A DNA stretch of 64,000 bases from Actinomycetes bacterium. GTDB taxonomy: Bacteria > Actinomycetota > Actinomycetes > JBBQFP01. Shown piece after piece: positions 48,612-58,887 of this stretch; position 1 is the stretch's first letter; the number at the start of each line of letters is the position of its first letter. A program made the translations under genes and the position numbers. Location of the stretch: assembly GCA_038322045.1 (NCBI GenBank), contig JBBQFP010000002.1:34326-98325 (forward strand), written 5' to 3'. The notes under the pieces were generated by a model. It ran no database searches, was not told the DNA's origin, and was given only the letters and a program-made list of their open reading frames with translations.

Positions 48612-49347
48612 TCAGACCAGGGATGCGCACTGACCGATCGCGTTGCGGCCGACGACGTTGACGCTGCCGAGGACGAAACCTCCGGACACTCCCGGGGTCA
48701 GTCCCGTGCAGGTGAGGTTCCGCCCGATCGTGTTGCGAACGATGTAGACGCCGGGGCGCCCAGGTGGGGGTCGTTCAACGCGAAGTTGGTCAGTGTCGCG
48801 TTCCTGCCGATCTTGTTGAAGAGTACGCCAGCCACTCGGTTCTCTGCCCGCTGACCGTGAGGTTCCCGCCGACCGTGTTGTTCTTGATCGACCACGGAAT
48901 CGGGCCGCCTCCACCGGTCAGAGTGACGTTCCTCGCGACCGTGATCCCGTTCAGCAGAACGACGAACGCGTTGAGGGCCGAGACGTTTCCGTTGATAGTG
49001 ACGGTGGAGTGCCCGTCCGGCTCGTCGGTGCACTCGTGTCCCGAGTTGCCCGTGTACGAGGGCGGCTGGCAGCCCAGACCGAGGATCGAGCCGGAAGCCA
49101 CGGTGACGTTGTGCCCGACGGTGATCGTCGAGGGCGCGCTTTGCGCGTCGAGGACGGCGCCAGCTCCGACGTTCACGTTCCCGACGACGGTGATCACGGC
49201 ATCGGCCGGCACGGAGCACCCGCCCGTGACCGTGCCACAGCCCAGGGCCAGGTTTCGGGCAGGGCGAGCCGGGCGGCGCTGGCCACGAAGTTGCCCGGCA
49301 GGTGCGCCAGCCCGGCGCTGGCTGGAGCAGTGCCGTGGTGCGTTCAA
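48612..49347 (-). pseudogene. beta-helix repeat protein gene with internal frameshift
   Basis: Periodic ITVxGNVxV / NTVGGNLTV / RNTIGRNLT repeats continue across two reading frames (48790-49347 and 48612-48914). Confidence 0.4.
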
Positions 49348-49349
49348 AG

Positions 49350-49745
49350 ATGCAGCCCACGGGCCGTTTCACCGTTCTCCGGCTCGAGGTCGCCGACCGT
49401 GTGACGCACCTACCCGGACAGCACTACGTCGTGCGGCTGCGCGCCGACGACGGGTACACCGCGTCCCGCTCGTACTCTGTCGCGTCCGCACCCGTCGATC
49501 CCCTGGTGAAGCTCTGCGTCGAGCAGCTCGACGACGGCGAGGTGTCGGGGTTCCTCGCCGACGTCGTCGAGGTCGGCGACACCCTCGAGGTTCGGGGACC
49601 GATCGGCGGCTGGTTCGTCTGGGACGGTGCGACCCCCGCGCTCGCAGTCGGCGGCGGGTCTACGCCGAGGAAATCCTCGACGGCTGTCACGTCGTGGCGC
49701 TCTCCCAAGAAGCGTCGCCCACCAGACGCCCGGCCGTTCGCCTGA
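49350..49745 (+). pseudogene. FNR-like FAD-binding oxidoreductase fragment (truncated before the NAD-binding domain)
   Basis: RSYSVAS FAD-binding motif and ...LAVGGGS, then the frame is lost. Confidence 0.35.
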
Positions 49746-49789
49746 CCGAGGCAGACCTCCTGCCGTTCCTGTTGGAGGGTCAGGCGGTG

Positions 49790-50077
49790 CCCGCTGCCCG
49801 CAACTGTCGTCGGGCTGCGGGACCGACTTCGTGCCGCCGACGCGCTGCTCATCTGCACCCCGAGTACGCAGTCGGTCTCCCCGGCTCCTTCAAGAACCTG
49901 CTCGACTGGACCGTCGGCAGACAGGAGGTCGAGCGTCCCGTCGGGTGGATCAACGAGTCCACCTCCCCCACCAGCGCCCGCCGCGCGCACGAGTCCCTCA
50001 GTGCCGTCCTCGGCTACAGCGGCGCCCACGTCGTCGAGACCACCTGTTCGTCGAGAGATGCTCGACGCCTCGGCTAG
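49790..50077 (+). pseudogene. NAD(P)H-dependent FMN reductase fragment
   Basis: HPEYAVGLPGSFKNLLDW motif typical of the SsuE/ArsH-type FMN reductase core, lacking an N-terminus. Confidence 0.3.
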
Positions 50078-50353
50078 ATGACGGATCTCCGCGTCTGTGC
50101 CGAGGTGGCGGAGGCCCTGGCCGAGCTGGTTCGGGCGGTGGATGCTGCGGAGCGCGAGACCCTGAGGTGACGGATCGGCCGGTGTCGACGACGCCGGTGG
50201 CCAGGGCAGGTGATTCGGGTCACGACCCGGCGACGCGACGAGACGCGGTGCGCCATCGACTTGGGCCGGACCCACCAAGGGGCGACCCCGTGTTGGGTCG
50301 CCCCTCGGCCTACGCGTCGCTCGGGTCGATCGACACGACTTGGTGCGCTGTCG

Positions 50354-51502
50354 TCAGATGGCGACGATGCCCTCCGGGCCGCCGACGGCATCGATCTTGG
50401 GGAGGCCAGTGGTCACGCCCGCAGGAACGAGGCTCCCGTCCCTGTGCGCGGTGAACGCGTCGACCTCACCGGCGAGCGCGCTCAGCACGTACACGAACTG
50501 ACCACCATGCGAGGCGGCCAGGTCGATGGGACCCGACGATGTCGTGGCCGCGACCGGCGCGAGCACGGACGTGGTGCCGTCCTTCGCCACGGTCCACGAG
50601 GTGAGCGTGCCGCTGCCGGCGTTGGTGCCGTACAGGTGCGAACCGACACGGACGTTCCAGCACAGGGCGGCGCCGCCCGACGAGGCCGAGACGCCGAGCG
50701 CCACGAGGGATGAGTCGGCCGCGACGGCGTACGAGGCCGTACGCCCGTCACCGGCCTGGGTCACCTCGAGGTGTCCGCGGCGGTCGAACACGAACGAGAA
50801 TGGGACCGGTCCCTGCGACGCGTTCACGATTTCGTCGCCGAGGCTGCCGTCACGTCCGAGGGGGAAGGTCACGATCGTGTTGTTGGCCTTCGTCGCGACG
50901 ACGAGGGTCCGTCCGTTCGGGGTCACGCCGATCTGGCTCGGTGCTGTCAGGAAGAACGGCACCGTCGCGTTGGACAGGCCGAGGCTGCGCCCCGAGCCGG
51001 GGATCGGCACCAGCCGGTCGCCGCGAAGACGGAAGCCGGAAACGCTGCCGGTGCCACCGGCGTTGAGCACGTAGACCGCGGACCCGTGCGTGGCAACGCT
51101 CGACGGAAACGAGCCGCCCGACGGGACAACCGAGTCGAGCGTCAGACGGTTGCGGTGGATGCCGAGCGCGGAGACCGTGCCGCTGCCGGCGTTGACTGCC
51201 ACCAGGGTCTCGTTGCCGTCGACCAGCGCCAGCGAGCCCTGAGAGGCGAGGGCGTCGACCGGCGCGCCGACCTCCTTGCCGCCGAGACCACCGGTCGTGA
51301 ACTCACCGACCGGCGTCAGCGAGCCGTCGTCAGCGCGCGTGAACGCCTCGATGCTGTTGCCTGCCCCAGCGTTGAGCTGGACGAAGACCGCGCCGTCGCG
51401 GAGGTCGCTCGCGTGGGTCCCGTGTGCCGATGCCGATGTCGCGGGCGCCAGCACGAGCGTGGACGCCACCGCGGCGGTCGCCCACAGTCGTACGTTCCTC
51501 AT
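50354..51502 (-). CDS. secreted 7-bladed beta-propeller (lactonase/3-carboxymuconate cyclase-like)
   Basis: Signal peptide (MRNVRLWATAAVASTLVLAPATSASA) and repetitive Gly/Ser/Thr-rich blade-like repeats. Confidence 0.65.
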   Translation of the reverse strand: MRNVRLWATAAVASTLVLAPATSASAHGTHASDLRDGAVFVQLNAGAGNSIEAFTRADDGSLTPVGEFTTGGLGGKEVGAPVDALASQGSLALVDGNETLVAVNAGSGTVSALGIHRNRLTLDSVVPSGGSFPSSVATHGSAVYVLNAGGTGSVSGFRLRGDRLVPIPGSGRSLGLSNATVPFFLTAPSQIGVTPNGRTLVVATKANNTIVTFPLGRDGSLGDEIVNASQGPVPFSFVFDRRGHLEVTQAGDGRTASYAVAADSSLVALGVSASSGGAALCWNVRVGSHLYGTNAGSGTLTSWTVAKDGTTSVLAPVAATTSSGPIDLAASHGGQFVYVLSALAGEVDAFTAHRDGSLVPAGVTTGLPKIDAVGGPEGIVAI

Positions 51503-51789
51503 GTCGTTCCTCTCGTCAGTGCCGATCACGCGACCGGCCTGACGCCCACCATGTCGGGGGAACCCGAGGATGTCCCTTACGCCAGCATTACGCGCAGGCC
51601 GGACGGACCATCCGTAAGATCCCGATAACCAGATGCAAGACGCCGGACTCAGTGGGCCGCGTCGACCGCGGTGAGGCGCTCACGATGGCCGGCGGGGTCG
51701 TCGAGGGTGATCGTGTCCGTGGGCTTACGTAACTCTCACGGGCTGCTCGGGTCGGCGGTCCCCTGGTGCGAGGCTGCTTCGGGTGGGCA

Positions 51790-52223
51790 CATGAGGCGGC
51801 CCACTCCGGGACGGCCTCGAGGCTCTGCGGATCGCGGCGGCTGCGCTCCCGGACCTCGTGGTTCTCGACGTGACGCTGCCGGGCATCGACGGGCTCAAGG
51901 TGTGTCGTCGGCTGCGTGCCGACCGGCCTGACCTGCCCCTTGCTCTACGCCCCTTCGTCGCCGGCCAGCCTGCCGATGCTGCCACCGGCCGTCGTGGCCT
52001 GGCCAAGCAACTCGCGACCAGCTCCGTGCCGGCGACACCGAGAAGGCGCTGGACGCCTCACCAGCGGCGGGCTCGAGCGCGGCTACGCCTTACCGTGCAC
52101 CAAAGCCAAGGCATGACCTGCGACACCGCACTCCTGCTCGGCAACGACGCGCTCTACCGCGAAGCCGGCTACGTCGGGCTCAGCCGCGGCCACGCCCACA
52201 GGCTGGCCCGCGACCTGCGCTAG
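51790..52223 (+). pseudogene. fragments of a response-regulator receiver and of a RecD/TraA-like helicase C-terminus
   Basis: LVVLDVTLPGIDGLKVCRRLRADRPDLP (OmpR-type receiver piece) and VHQSQGMTCDTALLLGNDALYREAGYVGLSRG (helicase/relaxase C-terminal motif), without intact ORFs. Confidence 0.35.
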
Positions 52224-52373
52224 GGCCGACCTATAGTTAGGCTCATCGCCCGCTCGATGACGTTGGGGTTGCTGGGTCTCGATCTGAGACGTTCTGAGTT
52301 GCTGTCCGACTATCGCAGTTGGGCTGGGCACTCTGACCGTCCCCGGAGGTGGATCCGCTACCGGAGAGGCCTC

Positions 52374-53075
52374 ATGCCCGGGTTGGAGGCGCTACCCACG
52401 AGCACGGTGCTTGCCGGGGCTCGCGATATCCCTGACCGAGTTGCCGACGCCCTGCGCGATGCCATCGCTCGAGGTCTGCTCAACGACGGCACGGAGCTCA
52501 ACCAGGTGGCGCTGGCCCGGCACTACGGCGTATCGCGGGTGCCGATTCGCGAGGCGCTGCGCCAATTGCAGGCCGAGGGGTTCGTGCGCGCCGAGCGCAA
52601 TCAGCGCACCGTCGTGGCAGGGCTCAGCGATGCCGATCTCATGGAGATCCTCGAGCTGCGCGAGCTGCTCGACGGCCATCTGGCCACTCGAGCAGCAAGT
52701 CGGGTCACGGCTTCGGCAACGCGCCGGTTGCGGGCCACCGCTCGCCAGATGGGCCTCCTGCGGGGAGACCAGGTGGAGCGGTGGGCCGCGTTGCACGTGG
52801 CCTTGCACACCCAGATCAACCAGCTCAGCGGTGCTGTGCTCACGATTGCAACGGCGCAGGCCCTGGCCGCGCGCGGTCAGCGCTACCTCGTGGCGGTCGG
52901 CCCTGGGAACTCTCTGGACGATGCCCGGCTGCAGACGGCGAGCGCCGAGCACGACGATCTCGTCGACGCTGTCTGCAGTGGGGACCCGGAGTGGGCCGGC
53001 GAGGCCGCTCGGGAACATGTCGCGCGAGCGCGGGCGCGGGTCGCAACCACGCTGGCGCAGCGTCGCACGCCCTGA
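52374..53075 (+). CDS. GntR-family (FadR/FCD subfamily) transcriptional regulator
   Basis: N-terminal wHTH (LARHYGVSRVPIREAL) plus an FCD ligand domain. Confidence 0.8.
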   Translation: MPGLEALPTSTVLAGARDIPDRVADALRDAIARGLLNDGTELNQVALARHYGVSRVPIREALRQLQAEGFVRAERNQRTVVAGLSDADLMEILELRELLDGHLATRAASRVTASATRRLRATARQMGLLRGDQVERWAALHVALHTQINQLSGAVLTIATAQALAARGQRYLVAVGPGNSLDDARLQTASAEHDDLVDAVCSGDPEWAGEAAREHVARARARVATTLAQRRTP

Positions 53076-53263
53076 CCCCGGCGAGGACACGCGCGCGGCC
53101 GCAGAAGCGAATGACCAATGCGCTGCCACTGCATGGTCCGGCGAATTCTTTGCTCCACCGCTATGGCCAGGGGCCCGCCACGTGCCTATGGTGTATTCAC
53201 TCGCCACCGTGACGGTCGTCAGGCACCAGGCCAATGCCGTCCCTGGCTCACCCCGGGAGCGCA

Positions 53264-54148
53264 ATGATCGTCCTCACTGGACCCACCGGAAACGTCGGCG
53301 ACGAGCTACTGGGCCTGTTCGTCAAGCAAGCTGACGCGCCGCCCTACAGGGTGGCCGCCCACCATCCGGAGCGTGTGCGTGAGCTGCATGGCGTCGATGT
53401 GCCGGTCGTCGCCTTCGACTTCGACGACCGCAGCACCTGGCCAGCCGTCCTCGACGGCATCACCGCACTCTTCTTGCTCTATCCGCTGCCGCACCCCCGC
53501 ACGGTCAAGACCCGGATGACGCCGTTCATCGACGCCGCGGTCGCAGCGGGGGCTACGCACATCGTCTACGTCTCGGTACCCGGTGCCGACCACCTCAAGG
53601 TGGTTCCCCACCATGGGGTGGAGCGCCACATCGAGGCCTCCGGAGCCTCCTGGACCTTCTTGCGCTCCAGCTACTTCATGCAGAACCTGGTGCGCGCGAT
53701 CTCCAGCCATGGAGTCGACATCATGGACAGCAACGAGATTTTCATTCCCGCGGGAGACGGGCGGACGTCGTTCGTCGATTCCCGCGACGTCGCGACCGTG
53801 GCCTACCAGGCGCTCACCGAACCTGGCGCCCACGCTCGACAGGCCTACACCCTGACCGGCCCCACGCGACTGAACTTCGACGAGGTCGCGGCGATTCTCT
53901 CCGAGGTCCTGGAACGCAAGATCGTCTACACCAGGCCCTCGCTGCTCGCGTTCTGGCGGCGGATGCGCCGCCGGGGACGGCCCCGCGACGTCGTGTTCTT
54001 CATGGGCATCGTCTACACCCTGACCCGCACCGGCCGGAACGAGCCGCTGACCGGCGAGCTCGGGCCGCTGCTCGGCCGGCCACCGGCCACGCTCGAGCAG
54101 TTCGCCCTGGCCTACCGGGACCGGTGGCTCACCCGGTCCTGGACCTGA
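53264..54148 (+). CDS. NmrA-like NAD(P)-binding protein
   Basis: MIVLTGPTGNVG Rossmann start, atypical SDR/NmrA family. Confidence 0.7.
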   Translation: MIVLTGPTGNVGDELLGLFVKQADAPPYRVAAHHPERVRELHGVDVPVVAFDFDDRSTWPAVLDGITALFLLYPLPHPRTVKTRMTPFIDAAVAAGATHIVYVSVPGADHLKVVPHHGVERHIEASGASWTFLRSSYFMQNLVRAISSHGVDIMDSNEIFIPAGDGRTSFVDSRDVATVAYQALTEPGAHARQAYTLTGPTRLNFDEVAAILSEVLERKIVYTRPSLLAFWRRMRRRGRPRDVVFFMGIVYTLTRTGRNEPLTGELGPLLGRPPATLEQFALAYRDRWLTRSWT

Positions 54149-54170
54149 TCGGCGCGCACGGTCTCGCTCG

Positions 54171-54200
54171 GCCCGCCCCCGCCCCCGCCCCCGCCCCCTG
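54171..54200. repeat. (CCCCCG)n microsatellite, about 4.5 units
   Basis: Seen directly in the intergenic region upstream of the membrane protein gene. Confidence 0.8.
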
Positions 54201-54249
54201 GTCCCTCGCCCCCCGTCCCCTGGTCGCTCGTCTCGAAGGAGAGCTCGAC

Positions 54250-54936
54250 GTGAACCCGCTACTCGCCCGACGCATCCGCCTCGGCGTCATCGCCTTCATC
54301 CTCACCGGCGCCGTCACCGTCGTGGGACTGCTCCTGCGCGGCCCCAACCGGCCGGCCAGCGCCGACTCCGCAGCGTGGGCCGAGGCCGCCGCCAGCGGCA
54401 CATCTCACCTCGGCTGGCTGGTGCTGCTTCCCGGCCCGGTCCTGCAGCTGTTCGCCTTCTTGGCGATCGCGGCGAGCCTGCGCGGCACCGCCAGCGAGCG
54501 GCTGGCGTTCCGCGGCGCCATGTGGAGCCTCGCCGGAAACGGTCTCTACCTTCCCTTCGTGGGCCTGTCCGCCTTCCTGGACAAGCCTGCGGCCGACGCT
54601 TACCTGGCCGGCGAGAGCGGCGCCGTAGAGATCGTCCGGTCGGCCATGTTCGAAGGGGCGGGGCTGAGCATCCTGCTCCTCTCGGCCATCATCCTGGTCG
54701 CCGGGGTGGCGATGACCTCGGTGGCCGTCTGGCGGACGGCGGTCCTGCCCCGCGGCACGGCGGTCATCTACCTCCTGCAGGTCCTCTGCCTGACCATCGC
54801 GGCCCAGTTCGCCTACGCCGTCGAGCTGACCGGCGGCGTGCTGCTGCTGGCCAGCTCGGTGTGGATGGGCGCTGCGATGTGGCGTCGGGCCGAGCAGGCA
54901 GCAGCCGAACCGACGCTGGCAGCGGCCGCCGCCTGA
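54250..54936 (+). CDS. integral membrane protein (unknown function)
   Basis: GTG start with an AAGGAG RBS. About 6 hydrophobic TM segments. Confidence 0.6.
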   Translation: MNPLLARRIRLGVIAFILTGAVTVVGLLLRGPNRPASADSAAWAEAAASGTSHLGWLVLLPGPVLQLFAFLAIAASLRGTASERLAFRGAMWSLAGNGLYLPFVGLSAFLDKPAADAYLAGESGAVEIVRSAMFEGAGLSILLLSAIILVAGVAMTSVAVWRTAVLPRGTAVIYLLQVLCLTIAAQFAYAVELTGGVLLLASSVWMGAAMWRRAEQAAAEPTLAAAAA

Positions 54937-55032
54937 GCCTGACGTCTGCCATGGGCCAGGCCCCGATCCGCTGCTGCGGATCGGGGCCTCGTCGTGTCCG
55001 GCCTGCCTCGACGGCCGTCTCGGTCGCCGCGG

Positions 55033-57024
55033 TCAGTGCGTCCCGCCGCCGTGCCGACCGTGCGAACCATCGTCGGGGCGACCGTGCGAACCATCGTCGG
55101 GCAGACCGTGCGACACGCTCGGCAGCACCTGGTAGGGGTGCATCATGTCGTGGTCCTCGTGCTCGAGCATGTGGCAGTGCAGCACGTACTCCCCGCTGAA
55201 GGTCTTGTCGTAGGGCAGTCCACTTATCGGCATCGACTCCGAACCCCCGTAAGGAGCAAGCACCCGGACCACCTCACCAGGGTTGACCAGGACAGTGTCC
55301 CGCCATCCCGCTTCGGCACCGCGCGTCGGCCTCGCTGGACGGGTCGCGAACCCCGAGGCCAGCGGTGGACGCACCACCGTCCCGTCGGAGCGGACGTAGG
55401 GCGGCCCGACGTGCGAGGCGGAAGCATCAGGGATGCCGGGCGACTCCGGCGGGATGATCCCGTCGGCCTTGAGCATCGTGTTGACGGCATCGAGATAGGC
55501 CCCGGCGTCGATCGGCTGGCGGTCGACCACCCGGAACTGCACGAGGTGCACGTGCATCGGGTGCGCCTCGGTGCTGACGTTGACGAATTCCCACTGGGCC
55601 AGGGTGCCGACCGATGGAGCCTCTTGCAGCCTCGGATCCATCGACATCTGGTGCCAGCCGAGATTGTTGAGCAGCAGGGCCGTGGGGATCGGCGGGCCGA
55701 CCCGGTTGTGCACCTCGTTGGCGAACACGGTGTGCACGCTGGCCGGGCTCGGCAGCACCGGTAGCGGCGCAGGCAGCGCGCCGCCGCGCCGACGGCTCTC
55801 CCTCAGCCTCGTGGGGATCCGCGCCGGGTGCCTGCGTCGTCCGGCTCGGAAGGCCATGATCTCGGTCAGCGACTGGGGCCCGCCGGGGAAGGGCAGGGAC
55901 GCGTCATTGAGCAGCAGTACCTGCTGACCCTCGATCATCCTGGAGAAATCGATGAGAATGTCGGCCCGTTCCCCTGGCCCCATCAAGATGCCCTCGATCG
56001 GCTCCGGCGCCCCGAGCAGCCCGCCGTCGGTGCCGATCTGATACATCGGCAGCGGCTCGCTCAGGTGCAACCGGTAGTTGCGGGTGTTAGAGGAGTTCAG
56101 GACCCGGAACCGGTACACCGTGCGGTCGACGTCCAGCCGTGGCCACGCCGTCCCGTTGACCACCGCGGTGTCCCCCGCGAAGCCAGGCGCCCACAGTGAC
56201 AAGGGCCCGGGGCGGTAACTGAACCGACCCTCGGTGCCCTCGAACATCCGGTCCTGGATGATCAACGGCACTTCGTGGTGACCGTGCGGCAGGCCCAGCC
56301 GGTTGCCTCGCCCGGTGTCGTAGCGGTCGCGCACCAGATACATCCCGGACAACCCGGCGAAGACATTGAGCCGGGTGATGCCGATCGCGTGGTCGTGGTA
56401 CCACAGCGTCGTGGCTTCCTGGTCGTTGCCGTAGACGTAGGTCTTGGACTGCCCCGGCATGAAGACGTCGTCCGGGAGCCCGTCGTAGCGGCTCTCGGTG
56501 TGGCCGCCGTGCAGGTGGACCACCGTGCGCGGCGCCAACCGGTCGGACTCGACCGTGCCATGCATCGCGGGATCCATGGCGTGGCCCAGGGGGTGCGGGC
56601 CAAGCTGGTTGACAGCGCGGACCACCACTTCGCGTCCGCGCATCACCTCGAAGGTCGGCCCGAGATAGACGTCGCGCACCGAGCGGGTGACCCCGTCAAC
56701 CGTGTAGCCATACGTCGGTACCGTGCCGCCCCGCTCAGGGTGGAACTGGTGGCTCCCGCTGCGCATGCGCATGGTCCACGAACCACCCCGGCGGGCATCG
56801 ACGACCGGCGGGATCGCCAGCGGCTGGATCCACCGGGTGAACGCCGGGCTGTAGCTGGGTGGGGGCGGCGGTCCCGGAGGTCCCGGCGGGGGAGCTTCCT
56901 CGGCGTGCGCGATCGACGGCACGACGACGTCCGCCAGCACGACTCCTGCCGCGGTCGCAGCGCCCAACCACAGCGCCTCGCGACGGCTGAGCTCTCGGCC
57001 TGAACCTGCCGCTGTCTCCTGCAT
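55033..57024 (-). CDS. Tat-exported multicopper oxidase
   Basis: Tat motif SRREALWLGAATAAG. Copper-binding HxH motifs (HLHGGH, WYHDH, HPMHVHL, HCHMLEHED). C-terminal His-rich tail with a tandem PDDGSHGR repeat. Confidence 0.85.
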   Translation of the reverse strand: MQETAAGSGRELSRREALWLGAATAAGVVLADVVVPSIAHAEEAPPPGPPGPPPPPSYSPAFTRWIQPLAIPPVVDARRGGSWTMRMRSGSHQFHPERGGTVPTYGYTVDGVTRSVRDVYLGPTFEVMRGREVVVRAVNQLGPHPLGHAMDPAMHGTVESDRLAPRTVVHLHGGHTESRYDGLPDDVFMPGQSKTYVYGNDQEATTLWYHDHAIGITRLNVFAGLSGMYLVRDRYDTGRGNRLGLPHGHHEVPLIIQDRMFEGTEGRFSYRPGPLSLWAPGFAGDTAVVNGTAWPRLDVDRTVYRFRVLNSSNTRNYRLHLSEPLPMYQIGTDGGLLGAPEPIEGILMGPGERADILIDFSRMIEGQQVLLLNDASLPFPGGPQSLTEIMAFRAGRRRHPARIPTRLRESRRRGGALPAPLPVLPSPASVHTVFANEVHNRVGPPIPTALLLNNLGWHQMSMDPRLQEAPSVGTLAQWEFVNVSTEAHPMHVHLVQFRVVDRQPIDAGAYLDAVNTMLKADGIIPPESPGIPDASASHVGPPYVRSDGTVVRPPLASGFATRPARPTRGAEAGWRDTVLVNPGEVVRVLAPYGGSESMPISGLPYDKTFSGEYVLHCHMLEHEDHDMMHPYQVLPSVSHGLPDDGSHGRPDDGSHGRHGGGTH

Positions 57025-57200
57025 GCGTGTCCTCCTGAGGGGAGACCTGAAGACGTGTGCCGGGCATCCTGCTGCCTCCGCACGCGATTCATCAGTAGCC
57101 GATCCACCTGCCGGAACGTTGGTGAGAAACGGTTGTGCTCAGGACCTGGGACCCTTGACACTGCGGCAACTGCATACACTCGAGCCCTTCGGAGGAGCCC

Positions 57201-58670
57201 GTGTCCGCACCCCGTCCCCCTCTCCCACCTCGACGACGTCGGCGCTGGGCAGTCCTCGGCGCAGCAGCCCTGGCTGCAAGCACCGCAGCCATGACCGCCG
57301 CCCCCGCAGATGCTTCGGGCCGCGAGCAGCAGCCCCGGCACCGCACCGCACGCGACATCTCGGTGGTCGGCAAGCTCGACCTCGGCGGCTTCAACGCAGC
57401 CGTGGACGTGCACGGCAGGTACGCCTACGTCTCGAGCTTCGGCAACTACCCGCCCCCGCCTCCTCCCGGCGCCACCCCCACCGGCGACCCGTTGCGGTTC
57501 TGCCCGAGCAAGGGTGTGCGCGTCGTGGACCTCACCAACCCGAAGAAGCCACGGAAGGTCGCCACGTTCGCCGACGGAGCATCCGAGCCGGAGGTGGCGC
57601 ACACCTGGAACGAGACCGTGTCGGTGCGGCACGTGCACACCCACTGGTTCCACGGGGACCTCGCGGTGGTCCCGTTCTTCTCCTGCGGCGGCCCGGGGAC
57701 CTTCGAGGGTTTCGGCCTCTACGACGTCACCAACCCGCGCAAGCCCCGGCGACTGGCACTGGTCCGGATCGACAACGCGGTCTTCGGCTCCCAGGTCCTC
57801 ACGCTCTCGGTCCAGCACGGGAGGCCGTACGTCTACTCGACCAGCTCCTTCTACGAGGTCGCCAGCAGCCCCCACGCGGTGTTCGGCACCGACCCCAGCA
57901 CCTGGACCACGCCAGGCACACCAGACCTGCAGATCTTCGACGTCAGCCGCCCGAAAGCACCGAAGAAGGTCGGTCAATGGGGCGCCTGGGCGAAGCTGGG
58001 GATCAAGCCGATCCGTGACGAGCAGGGCGTGCGCCGGGCTGGTTTCGTCCACACCGTCCGGGTGGAGCGCGACATCGCCTACCTGTCCTATTTCGACAAC
58101 GGCACCGTGATGCTCGACGTACGCAATCCGGCCGCACCTCGGTACCTGGGACGCACTCACTTCGAGTCCGACGAGGCGGGCAACGCCGTCTTCTCCGCCT
58201 CCGCGCGAGGTGGGCGGATACTCGTGGAGACCGACGAGAACTTCCCGGCCGAGAACCTGTTCAGCCCGTACATGTCAGGACCCAGCGAGTGGGCTTGGGG
58301 CCACACCCGCATCTACGACGTCTCGGACAAGACCCACCCCCGGCGGCTGGCCAACCTCGAGCTACCTAGCACGCGGGCCCAACCCCCCGGTACCGATGGG
58401 CCGTTCTACACCCCGCACTGGCCCACCGTCCGCGGCAACCAGCTCCTGCTCAGCTACCACGCCGAGGGTCTGGTCGTCGCCGACATCAGCCACCCGGCTG
58501 CCCCCAAGGTCACGTACCAGTGGAAGTCACCGCGGGTGGCCGACCCATACGGCTTCTTCTCTGCGGGTACCCCCATCCGCTACCTCTGGGGCCTCGACCT
58601 CTACCGCCAGTACGTGGTGACGGCCGACCTCTCCGGTGGCTTGTACGTGCTCAACGTCCCCTGGAGGTGA
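57201..58670 (+). CDS. LVIVD-repeat beta-propeller protein, secreted
   Basis: Arg-rich n-region plus a hydrophobic signal, then repeated YV.ADLSGGLYVL-type LVIVD motifs. Confidence 0.65.
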   Translation: MSAPRPPLPPRRRRRWAVLGAAALAASTAAMTAAPADASGREQQPRHRTARDISVVGKLDLGGFNAAVDVHGRYAYVSSFGNYPPPPPPGATPTGDPLRFCPSKGVRVVDLTNPKKPRKVATFADGASEPEVAHTWNETVSVRHVHTHWFHGDLAVVPFFSCGGPGTFEGFGLYDVTNPRKPRRLALVRIDNAVFGSQVLTLSVQHGRPYVYSTSSFYEVASSPHAVFGTDPSTWTTPGTPDLQIFDVSRPKAPKKVGQWGAWAKLGIKPIRDEQGVRRAGFVHTVRVERDIAYLSYFDNGTVMLDVRNPAAPRYLGRTHFESDEAGNAVFSASARGGRILVETDENFPAENLFSPYMSGPSEWAWGHTRIYDVSDKTHPRRLANLELPSTRAQPPGTDGPFYTPHWPTVRGNQLLLSYHAEGLVVADISHPAAPKVTYQWKSPRVADPYGFFSAGTPIRYLWGLDLYRQYVVTADLSGGLYVLNVPWR

Positions 58671-58887
58671 CGCTGCTGCTCCTGGCGTTCCGTCCATCGG
58701 TACGCCAGGAGCGGTTCGCCAGTGCCTCGCAGAGTCGGCCATCCCCGCCCTGACCTGCGCGTCTGCGCTACAGAGGGGCACCTCGGCTCCTGCCGAGACG
58801 GAACCGTTACCTCCTCACCCATAGGACTTTGGTCCCGTCGCCTGTTTACTGCATACACCTCGACCCACCCAGCCAGGAGAGGCCCTC

